Source of the DNA: Planctomycetota bacterium
Lineage (GTDB): Bacteria; Planctomycetota; GCA-002687715; CAIWVZ01
Length of the DNA: 64,000 nucleotides
Assembly: GCA_044222185.1 (NCBI GenBank)
Contig: JBGANV010000002.1
Location: 544,001-608,000, forward strand
Direction: 5' to 3'
Within the stretch, counting starts at the first letter, position 1; the number at the start of each line of letters is the position of its first letter. The position numbers and the translations under genes were made by a program. Shown one piece after another: positions 1 to 8,333 of the stretch. The notes beneath the pieces are model-generated. The model saw nothing but the letters and a program-made list of their open reading frames with translations. It did not search any database and was not told the DNA's origin.

Positions 1-1
1 G

Positions 2-3000
2 ATTCGCGGCACGGCCACGGTGCACGATCTTCGATGGCGAGACGCCGCCTTGGATGTCGTGGCGATCGCCGGCGTCTGGAGCGGCGGTCACGGGAGCGTC
101 GACTCACTTTCCGTCACGCGCGGCAGTGCTCACGTCGACGCCACCGGCGTCTCCGTCGATGCTGCGGTCCCGTGGTTCGTGTCCCGCGTCGAGCACGCCA
201 AGGTCGCCGTTCCCGAGGTGGACGAGGTCGCGCACTGGCTCTCACTCGGCTCCGAAGTCCCCCAGTCCCTGGCCCGCGTGCGCGGCGTCGACGTCGAACT
301 CACGAGCGAGGACGGGCGACGCGTGACGGTCGCACGGGGCACCGTCGCGCTGATCGATGTGACGTGTGACGTCACGGGCACGGCCATCCTCCCCGCGCGG
401 CCGGACGCATGGCGCGAGACGGACGTCGGCCTGCGCATCGCGGCCGAAAACTGGGACCTGGAAACGACGCTCTCGACAGTGGGCGCGCTGCCGCCGGTGC
501 GCGGGCGCGTCGACGTGATCGCGAGGATCGATGGGCGCATCGCGGCGCCGCGCGCCTTCGCGACCCTCGCGGCGCGAGATCTTCTCGTCGCAGGCCACGC
601 GTTCGAGCACGCATCCGCCGAGATCGACGTGCAATGGCCGAGAGCCCGCGTGACGTGCATCGAGGTGCACGCGTCCGAGGGCTCGATCACGGGGACGGCG
701 GTCGCGGACCTCGAGCGGCAGCAGATCACGGGCGGCACCTTCGATGCCGACATCACGACGCTCGGGCCCCTCGTGGCTCTCGCAGGGGAGGCTCCGCAGT
801 TGCACGGGCGCGCTCGCGTCCACGGCGTGATCCGCCGACTCGGGCGCGACCAGGTCGCCCTCGATGCAGCCATCACTGCGGACGCGCTCGAGCTGGAGCG
901 CGTCGCCGTGGGCTCGCTGTCGGCACGCGCGAATCTCGATTGGCCGCGGCTGCAGGTCGCCGACTTGAGGGTCGACGGCCCCTCAGGAACGGCGGACGGG
1001 GCGATCGAGCTGGACGTTCGAGACGTCGCATCGACGTCAGGCCATGCGACGTTCGCGCTGGAGACGCCCGGAGTGCGCGCCATCCTCGGCTCGATCTCCG
1101 GCGCACCGGTGATGGCCGACGCGACGAGGCTCGACGGTCACCTGACGAGATCCGCAGACGCGCCCCCCGGATCCTGGGATGGCGACGTCAGGCTGCATTG
1201 CCCCAGGCTCACCGTCGCAGGTCGAACCTTCGACGACGTCGACGCGCACGCGACCTTCCGAGACGGAGGTCGACAGGTTCCGAACTTCACACTCCAGTGG
1301 AACGGCGGTCGTGTCGAGGGCGCGGCCGCGATCGGCGCGCACTCCTCGCTCAGCGCCGATGGCACGGACGTCGACCTTTCGGGGATCGTCGCCGGGCTTG
1401 GCGGCCGCGCATCGTTCCACCTGAGTGCCAGCGGGTCCGCAGCGCATCCCGAGATCGCGGCGCGCGTCGACTGTGACACGGTCACGTTCGAATCGCTGAC
1501 GGCCCGTGTCGGCTTCACGGTCCGACAGTCGGCGGGCGTCATGTCGATCCAGTCGTTGCTGATCGACGGCCCCGAGGTTCACGTCGAAGGGACGCTCGAC
1601 GTGCCGTGTGAAGTGGGAACGGAGGGGGTACGCCTCACTGACGGCGTGGGCCTCGCGGCCGCGATCGTCGGGCGGACGACGCTCCTCGCGCGTTCGAGCC
1701 CCGCCGTCGACGCCTTCCCGTTCTCCGTGCACGACGTCGAATTCCGGATCGACGCGGCCGGCGACGCGATGACCGCGACGGTCGCCGGTCGCGATCCGGG
1801 GTGGATCGACGCCGGCCACGCCACACGGCTCGCCGGGGGTCTGCGAATCGCGGCGCGCTGGACACCGGAGGTCGCGAACGTCGATGTCGTGTTGGGGGAT
1901 GGAGGCCCGGCCCTCGTCACCCTTCGCGCCGAATCGAAGGTGTCATTCGACCTCGTCCGCCTGCGCGAGTCCATCGCGTCGCTCGTGCGGGCCCCGATGC
2001 GAGGGTCCGTGACGTTCACGATCCCAGAGCTCGCGTCGTTCGAACGTCTGATCCCCGACGTCGAGCGGCTGTCGGGAAGTGCGACGGGGCATGTCGATTT
2101 CGAAGGCACGGCGTCGGACCCGCGGCTTGCGGGAGAAGCCACGCTCGGTCCCGCGTCCATTCGCTTCAAGACGGACGCGCCGGCGATCGACGCCACGGCC
2201 CGGCTTCGACTGGCCGACCGCAGGGTGACGATCGACGGGTTCGAGGGTCGGGTGGGCTATGCGCCGGTCTTTGCGCACGGCGCCATCACGTTCACCGACG
2301 CGCGAAACCCGACGGTCGAGCTCGAGACGTCGGGCGAGAACGTCCTGTTGACCCGGAGTGCGGACTTGCGAATCCGGGCCGACGTCCAGGCGACGATCGC
2401 CGGTCCGTTCGATGCGATGAAGGTCACTGGCGTCGTTCGCGTGACGGACGCGGTCTACTCACGACCGATCGATCCGGTTGCGGACGCCACGCCTCTCGTC
2501 GACGAGAACTTCAGACCGTTCCAACTCCGCGACAAGCCGCTCAACGGCATGCGCTTCGACGTCCGGGGAACGGCATCCGAGAGCGTACGCATCGACAACG
2601 GCCTCGTGCGAACGGTGCTCTCCGGAGATGTTCGCCTCCGCGGGACGGGCGAGGCGCCGCGGCTCGAGGGTCGGATCGCAACGAAGACGGGGAGCATCCG
2701 CCTGCCGTTCGCACGCCTGAAGATCGATCAGGCGGAGATCGTCTTTCGGCCGGAAGACGGATTCGCACCGAAGCTCGAGGCGACGGCGCACACGCGAGTG
2801 AAGACCTACGACCTCGCGGTTCGTGCGTCGGGGGTCATCCCGGACGTGGAGCTCGTCGTCGCATCACTTCCGCCGCTGCCGCAGCAGAACGCGTTCCTCC
2901 TCCTGGCGGCGGGTGTCGCGCCGTCGGACCTTCCCAGCGGCGCCGCCACGTGGTCCACGCTGCGACAGACGGGAACGCTCGCCGGGACGAAGCTCCTTTC

Positions 3001-3202
3001 GTCACTCATGGAATCCGCTGACGACGACGAGGAGACCGCGCTCGATCGCTTTTCGTTCGAGACCGGGCGCGACGGCACCCAGGGCGGCACGACGACGATC
3101 GACGCCGAGTTCAAGCTGAGTGAGCACCTGTTCCTCCGAGCCGAGAGGGATCGCTTCGAGGGCAACAACGTGGGTTTCGTGTGGAGGCTTCGCTTCAGAT
3201 GA
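2..3202 (+). CDS. tamB: TamB/AsmA-like translocation and assembly module protein (5'-truncated by window)
   Basis: Frame is open from base 2. Long beta-strand-rich repeats, and a DUF490-like C-terminus ending in amphipathic strands (...GNNVGFVWRLRFR). Stop overlaps the Omp85 gene start (ATGA). Confidence 0.8.
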   Translation: MRGTATVHDLRWRDAALDVVAIAGVWSGGHGSVDSLSVTRGSAHVDATGVSVDAAVPWFVSRVEHAKVAVPEVDEVAHWLSLGSEVPQSLARVRGVDVELTSEDGRRVTVARGTVALIDVTCDVTGTAILPARPDAWRETDVGLRIAAENWDLETTLSTVGALPPVRGRVDVIARIDGRIAAPRAFATLAARDLLVAGHAFEHASAEIDVQWPRARVTCIEVHASEGSITGTAVADLERQQITGGTFDADITTLGPLVALAGEAPQLHGRARVHGVIRRLGRDQVALDAAITADALELERVAVGSLSARANLDWPRLQVADLRVDGPSGTADGAIELDVRDVASTSGHATFALETPGVRAILGSISGAPVMADATRLDGHLTRSADAPPGSWDGDVRLHCPRLTVAGRTFDDVDAHATFRDGGRQVPNFTLQWNGGRVEGAAAIGAHSSLSADGTDVDLSGIVAGLGGRASFHLSASGSAAHPEIAARVDCDTVTFESLTARVGFTVRQSAGVMSIQSLLIDGPEVHVEGTLDVPCEVGTEGVRLTDGVGLAAAIVGRTTLLARSSPAVDAFPFSVHDVEFRIDAAGDAMTATVAGRDPGWIDAGHATRLAGGLRIAARWTPEVANVDVVLGDGGPALVTLRAESKVSFDLVRLRESIASLVRAPMRGSVTFTIPELASFERLIPDVERLSGSATGHVDFEGTASDPRLAGEATLGPASIRFKTDAPAIDATARLRLADRRVTIDGFEGRVGYAPVFAHGAITFTDARNPTVELETSGENVLLTRSADLRIRADVQATIAGPFDAMKVTGVVRVTDAVYSRPIDPVADATPLVDENFRPFQLRDKPLNGMRFDVRGTASESVRIDNGLVRTVLSGDVRLRGTGEAPRLEGRIATKTGSIRLPFARLKIDQAEIVFRPEDGFAPKLEATAHTRVKTYDLAVRASGVIPDVELVVASLPPLPQQNAFLLLAAGVAPSDLPSGAATWSTLRQTGTLAGTKLLSSLMESADDDEETALDRFSFETGRDGTQGGTTTIDAEFKLSEHLFLRAERDRFEGNNVGFVWRLRFR

Positions 3203-5271
3203 ACTGGCGATCCCCCACGTGGGCCGCGATCGTCCTGCTTCTCGCGGGATGCGCATCGCCGCCGCAGGCCGAATCGAGGCCCGACTCGCGATCGGCTCGG
3301 CCGCCGATTCCCATCATCGTCCAGGGACTCGGCTGCGCGACGACCGAGCAACTGCTCGACGCCGGGAAACGCGAGATCGCGGCGTTCCAGGAAGGCGACC
3401 GCCGGGCGACGGCTCTGGACGACGCGACGTTCGCCATGAAACGTTGGCTGCGGGAGAAGGGCCTGGCACACGCGGTCGTCGAATTCGCCATGGAGCCCCA
3501 TGAAGACTCCGTCCAACGAGTCGTCATCACGGTGACGGAAGGCCCACGAGCGACGCTGGCCGCGCTGGCGCTGCAAGGGAACACTTCGTTCTCGACCGCG
3601 CGCCTGATGGAGTTCTTCGACGTCCGCGACGAGGGCGCCGGCCCGGAGGAATCCGTCGTGTACCGGCAGCGCGACGTCGATGCGCGCGTCTCGAACTTGG
3701 AGAGTTTCTACCTCGGTGCGGGCTACTACCGCGTGCACGTCGGCCCTCCCCGCGTCGATTGGTCCGACGGTGACACCAAAGCCCACGTCGTCGTGCCGAT
3801 CGTCGAAGGGCGCCAGTATCTCGTAGGGCGGGTGGACGTCGTTCTCGATGGCCCTGACGATGAAGTCGAAGTGCTGCGGGAGCGAGTCCGCGGATTCGAG
3901 GGACGGCCATACTCGGTCGAGGTCCCCGCGGCCGCCGCGGCGGAAGTGCGCGCGCAGCTCGCAAGTGAGGGGCGGCTCCTCATGCGCGTGTTCGCGAGAA
4001 GCGCCGTCGACGACGACACGGGAATCGTCACGGTGGCGGTGCGAGTCCACGCGGGGCCGCGGGTTCGGGTCGACGGACTCGCGGTGCATGGCAACGAGCG
4101 CACGGACGGCGACTTCATCTTCGAGCAGTCGGGATTGACGTCGGGCGCGATCCTCACGCAAAGCACTCTCGACCGCGCCATCGACGGGCTCTACACGACC
4201 GGGCTGTTCAAGTCGGTGCGCGTGACGAAGTCGCCCGGGGAAGCGCGCGACGACGTGGCACCGACCGACATCGACATCGCCGTCGAGGAGCTCGACGCGC
4301 GGATCGTCGACTTCGAGGCCGGCTACGGAAGTTACGAGCAGCTTCGTGGCGCGGTCCGCTACCGCGATCGAAACCTGTTCGGGACAGGACGGGTGTTGGA
4401 GGCCGTCCCGAGCGTGAGTCTTAGGAGCTACGGCGCCGACGTGAAGTTCTTCGACAACTACCTCCTCGGTCGCGAGAACACGCTGGAGGTGACGGCCGCA
4501 TACGCGTTCCGCGAGGAGCCGTCTTTCGACAGCACGGCGGCGGCCGTGGAGGTCGCCGTGCGTCACCGCTTCGATCACGAGATGTCGGCGCGCGCGGGCT
4601 ATCGGTTCCGCCACTCGGACGCTTCGAACCTGGGACTCGTTCTTGCAGACACGCAGTCCGCCGAGGCCGGGATCACGTCCGGCCCGTTCGCCGAGGTCGA
4701 GTTCGACTCGCGCGACAACGTCTTCATCCCGCACCGTGGAGTGCTCATCAGGGCCGGCTCTGCCTGGAGTACGCCGTTGATCGGGGCCGAGCTCGACTTC
4801 CTCGAGGCGACCGCGTCGATCGCGGCGTTCTTCGAACTGGGGGACGGGACGGTTCTTGCCGCCAGATCTGGCGTGCGAACGCGCGCGATCCTCGACGGAC
4901 GGGCCGACCTTCCCATCCAGGAGCGGTACTTCCTCGGAGGTGAGCACAGCGTTCGTTCGTTTCACGAGAGCGAGCTCGGTCCGTCGGATGGAAACGGCCA
5001 TCCGACCGGCGGGCTTTCGTCTCTCGAGGCTTCGGTCGAGTTGCGACAGCGCCTCGTTGGCGATTTGGAATGCGCGGTTTTCGCAGACGCCGGCGTGGTG
5101 AACGCACGGAGTTGCACGTTTGCGGGTCCGTTCGGGTACGCCGTCGGCGTCGGGCTCAGGTACCTGCTTCCCTTTGGCCCCGTGCGACTCGACGTCGGGT
5201 TCAACCCGGGTGCCCGTTTTGCCGCCGATGATTCGTGGGCACTTCAGTTCTCATTCGGTTTCAGCTTCTGA
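3199..5271 (+). CDS. Omp85 family (TamA/BamA-like) outer-membrane protein with lipoprotein signal
   Basis: ATG 3199 overlaps the tamB TGA. Lipobox LLAG-C, POTRA-like repeats, loop-6 motif ERYFLGGEHSVRSF, GPVRLDVG, C-terminal FSFGFSF. Confidence 0.88.
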   Translation: MNWRSPTWAAIVLLLAGCASPPQAESRPDSRSARPPIPIIVQGLGCATTEQLLDAGKREIAAFQEGDRRATALDDATFAMKRWLREKGLAHAVVEFAMEPHEDSVQRVVITVTEGPRATLAALALQGNTSFSTARLMEFFDVRDEGAGPEESVVYRQRDVDARVSNLESFYLGAGYYRVHVGPPRVDWSDGDTKAHVVVPIVEGRQYLVGRVDVVLDGPDDEVEVLRERVRGFEGRPYSVEVPAAAAAEVRAQLASEGRLLMRVFARSAVDDDTGIVTVAVRVHAGPRVRVDGLAVHGNERTDGDFIFEQSGLTSGAILTQSTLDRAIDGLYTTGLFKSVRVTKSPGEARDDVAPTDIDIAVEELDARIVDFEAGYGSYEQLRGAVRYRDRNLFGTGRVLEAVPSVSLRSYGADVKFFDNYLLGRENTLEVTAAYAFREEPSFDSTAAAVEVAVRHRFDHEMSARAGYRFRHSDASNLGLVLADTQSAEAGITSGPFAEVEFDSRDNVFIPHRGVLIRAGSAWSTPLIGAELDFLEATASIAAFFELGDGTVLAARSGVRTRAILDGRADLPIQERYFLGGEHSVRSFHESELGPSDGNGHPTGGLSSLEASVELRQRLVGDLECAVFADAGVVNARSCTFAGPFGYAVGVGLRYLLPFGPVRLDVGFNPGARFAADDSWALQFSFGFSF

Positions 5272-5363
5272 AAGGACGACAGGCTCAGGTATCTGTGGTC
5301 AACGAAACACATTGCGGCCCGCCGCCCGCGTGATTCAATGACGCCTACGTAGGTGACGCGCGA

Positions 5364-6128
5364 GTGGCAATCGCGCTCATGATGGATCGGCGTGAGATGG
5401 ATCAGGCATCGGTCGAGGGCGTGCTCGCAGAGGTGACGGAGCGTGCGCGGAGCGCATTCCGCGAGAGCCTCTCGTCCATCGTTCTGTACGGCTCCGCCGC
5501 GGAGAACCGCCTCAGGCCCGTCTCGGACGTGAACATTCTTTTCGTGCTGAAGAGCTACGACGTGAATGTGGCCACGCCCTTCGCGGGAACTCTGCGCGGC
5601 GCCGGGGCGGCGATCAGGCTCGCACCCATGTTCATTCTCGAGTCGGAATTGCCGGACGCGATCGACGCGTTCACGGTGAAGTTCGCCGACGTTCTGAGGC
5701 GGCGTCGCGTGCTTTACGGCCACGATCCGTTCACGGACGTCACGATCGATCGGTCGGCGCAGATTCGCCGACTGCTGCAGGTCCTCGCGAACCTGACGCT
5801 CCGGCTGCGGTGTGAAATCACGGCGCACGCCGATCAGTCGAGCGCCCTGACTTCGCTCATCGCATCGTTCGCCGGGCCCCTGAGGTCGGCGGCCGTTTCC
5901 CTGCGGGACGTCCGCGGCGAAGCCACGATCGCGCCACGCGAGGCGCTGGCGGCCGTCGCTCGCAGTTTCGACCCCGAGAGCGCCGATGGATTCCTCGCGT
6001 GCATCACGGACGCGCGCGCGGAGCGGCCGGTTGCCCACGCCGAGGCTCTGCGAACGGCCGTCGGCCTGATGAACCTGGCGCGCGAGATGCACCGGAGCGT
6101 TCGCGTCGCGGCGGGGCCCGTCAGATGA
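5364..6128 (+). CDS. Nucleotidyltransferase-fold (Pol beta/MNT-like) protein
   Basis: Motif SIVLYGSAA...SDVNILFVL (GS...DxD-like, second Asp is Asn) followed by a helical domain. Start uncertain (5364/5379/5396 region). Confidence 0.7.
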   Translation: MAIALMMDRREMDQASVEGVLAEVTERARSAFRESLSSIVLYGSAAENRLRPVSDVNILFVLKSYDVNVATPFAGTLRGAGAAIRLAPMFILESELPDAIDAFTVKFADVLRRRRVLYGHDPFTDVTIDRSAQIRRLLQVLANLTLRLRCEITAHADQSSALTSLIASFAGPLRSAAVSLRDVRGEATIAPREALAAVARSFDPESADGFLACITDARAERPVAHAEALRTAVGLMNLAREMHRSVRVAAGPVR

Positions 6129-7006
6129 ACCCGTTCGACCTGCGGGGCCCCCAGTTTCTCGTGTTCTTCACCATCCTCAGTGCGGTGGTTTTCGCGTTGG
6201 TCTGGTGGCTCACGAGTCCCAGACGTCGGGGGTTCGGCCGGGTCGGCCGTCTGCCGATCCACGATCCACTCCAGATCGCACACCTGCGAGGCGGGGCTGG
6301 CGAGGTCGTCAGCGTGGTCGTTGCGTCCCTGCTCGATCGCGGGTTCCTGTCGACCGATGCCGTGGGACGCCTCCTGTCCGCGCCGAAGGACCGGTCGTCG
6401 CTCCGAGCGATCGAGAAGGCCGTGCTCGACGCGTGTAGGACTCCGAAGACCATCGACGGATGCCGCGTGGACACGGCGGTGCGCGCTCAATGCGCGGAAG
6501 TCGAACGGCAACTGGCGGACGCCGGGTTCTCTCCGACGGCGCCGAACCGATTGGGCGCGCTCATGGTCATCGGCGGGGGGACGCTCGGTCTGCTCGTCGT
6601 CGGCATCGTGAAAGTCGTCATCGCGCATCAGCGGGGCCGGTCGAATACGGGCATCCTGTTCGCCCTGCTCGCCATCGACGTCTCCATGGGGGTGTGGCTC
6701 GTTCGGACGCTGCACGCGCGCGTCGCGCGCCAGGTGATCGGCAGCATCAGGGTGCTGTTCTCGGACCTGCGTCGCCGCGCTGTCCGACTGAAGAGGGGAG
6801 AGTCGCCGGTCGACGTGGAGTTCTTCGTAGCCGTGTTCGGCCTGGGGCCCCTTCCGCGCACGTTGTGTCCCGAGCGCGACCATCTCACTCCGCGGCCCGC
6901 CGTGTCGGATCCCGCCGTGATCGGGGGCTGCTCGACCATCGACGTGAGCGGCTGCGGCGGTGGCGGCGATGGTGGTGGAGGAGGGTGCGGTGGATGTGGA
7001 AGCTGA
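6125..7006 (+). CDS. TIGR04222-type membrane protein with Gly/Cys-rich C-terminal tail
   Basis: N-terminus MNPFDLRGPQFLVFF, IAHLRGG motif, three hydrophobic segments, tail GGCSTIDVSGCGGGGDGGGGGCGGCGS. ATGA overlap with the upstream gene. Confidence 0.85.
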   Translation: MNPFDLRGPQFLVFFTILSAVVFALVWWLTSPRRRGFGRVGRLPIHDPLQIAHLRGGAGEVVSVVVASLLDRGFLSTDAVGRLLSAPKDRSSLRAIEKAVLDACRTPKTIDGCRVDTAVRAQCAEVERQLADAGFSPTAPNRLGALMVIGGGTLGLLVVGIVKVVIAHQRGRSNTGILFALLAIDVSMGVWLVRTLHARVARQVIGSIRVLFSDLRRRAVRLKRGESPVDVEFFVAVFGLGPLPRTLCPERDHLTPRPAVSDPAVIGGCSTIDVSGCGGGGDGGGGGCGGCGS

Positions 7007-7884
7007 CGTCGAGGGCCCCGCGCGCGCGCGCCGAGCTCTCGCGTGACGCGTTTGGGTTGAGCTATCGAAGCCAGCTCGTCGCCGGCGTCGCGGTGAATCT
7101 CCATCGGATCGACTGCCTCGAGATCCTGATGGACGATTGGATCGATCGGCCTGCTCGTGACCTCGACGGGCTGACGCTGCTGGCGGACCGCATTCCGATC
7201 ACGCTCCATGGCGTCGGGCTCGGCCTCGCGTCCGTCGAGCCCGTGGACGAGCGGCGGCTCGCAGCGACTGCGCGCCTCGTCGATCGACTGCGACCCGTGG
7301 CGTGGTCCGAACATCTCGCCTTCGTGCGGGCGGGCGGGATCGAGATCGGACACCTGGCGACCCCGCCGCGCACCAACGCCGTGCTCGACGGCACGATCCG
7401 CAACGTCGAGCGCGCGACGAAGGTCGTCGGAAGCGCACCGCTGCTCGAGAACGTCGCGTCGTTGATCGAGATGCCGTCGCGACTTGGTGAGACGGATTTC
7501 CTGCGCGCGGTGCTCGCCGCCACGCGCTCCGATCTCCTGATCGACCTGCACAACCTGCACGCCAATGCCAGCAATTTCGGCTTCGATCCGCTGGCGTTCC
7601 TCGCCGACCTGCCGCCCGATCGCATCAGGCAGGTCCATCTGGCCGGGGGCCGGATGATCGGAGATCCGGGTGCGCAGCGCGTGCTCGACGATCATCTGCA
7701 CGAGGTGCCTTCGGTGGTGTTCGAACTCCTGTCGTCGCTGACGGCTCGGATCACCGGGCCGCTCTTGGTGATCCTCGAGCGCGACGGCCGCTATCCGCCG
7801 ATCGAGTCCCTGATCGCCGAGCTCGACCACGCACGAGTCGTGGTCACACGAGCCCGCGCGCGAAAGCTCCTGACGACGCAATGA
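6994..7884 (+). CDS. DUF692 family multinuclear non-heme iron-dependent oxidative enzyme (MNIO)
   Basis: Motifs HGVGLGL, WSEHLAF, LLENV, DLHNLHAN, QVHLAGG, DDH, LERD. The likely start ATG 6994 overlaps the end of the upstream gene. Confidence 0.92.
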   Translation: MWKLTSRAPRARAELSRDAFGLSYRSQLVAGVAVNLHRIDCLEILMDDWIDRPARDLDGLTLLADRIPITLHGVGLGLASVEPVDERRLAATARLVDRLRPVAWSEHLAFVRAGGIEIGHLATPPRTNAVLDGTIRNVERATKVVGSAPLLENVASLIEMPSRLGETDFLRAVLAATRSDLLIDLHNLHANASNFGFDPLAFLADLPPDRIRQVHLAGGRMIGDPGAQRVLDDHLHEVPSVVFELLSSLTARITGPLLVILERDGRYPPIESLIAELDHARVVVTRARARKLLTTQ

Positions 7885-8096
7885 CGCTCCAGGAGTTCCT
7901 GGCTCGGCTCTACGTCGACGCCGCATTTCGCGCCGCCTTCCTCGCGGATCGGGAGCGCGTGGCGCGATCCGCAAACCTGCCCCCGGAGGAGATCCGAGAG
8001 GTCGTGCGCCTCGACGGCGCCGCACTGGAACTCGCCGCCGCGAGCTTCGCGCACAAGCGGGCACGCAAGTCCGTTCAGCGCCCGCGCGAGCGTTGA
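7881..8096 (+). CDS. Small helical MNIO-partner-like protein (71 aa)
   Basis: ATGA overlap with the MNIO gene. LARLYVDAAFRAAFLAD...LELAAASFAHKR resembles the small helical domains found beside DUF692 genes. Confidence 0.7.
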   Translation: MTLQEFLARLYVDAAFRAAFLADRERVARSANLPPEEIREVVRLDGAALELAAASFAHKRARKSVQRPRER

Positions 8097-8333
8097 CTCG
8101 GCTCCCGGTCGACCGCCGGGGTCCAAGCTCTGGCTATCGGTGCCCCGTCGCTCGATGCCAAGCTCGGCGAGCCGACGGACAAGCTGCTGGACGATCGAGA
8201 CGGCCTCTCCGCGAGGACGGGGGAGTCGGCGAGCGTCACTGAAGCGTGACGGATCTTGGAGTCGGCGGCGTGCCTCTTCCCGAGGATTCGTGGCTCCGTG
8301 CGGCGTGGTACGGGGCTTGCACCCGTTCGGGGC

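Noticed and set aside
7018-7032. (CG)n run as a Z-DNA or phase-variation tract
   Set aside because: Short, coding, and similar runs occur throughout this GC-rich window.
8094-8249. Selenocysteine or readthrough extension of the 71-aa partner (frame stays open about 50 codons past TGA)
   Set aside because: No redox-motif context and no convincing SECIS hairpin; open frames of this length are common at this GC content.
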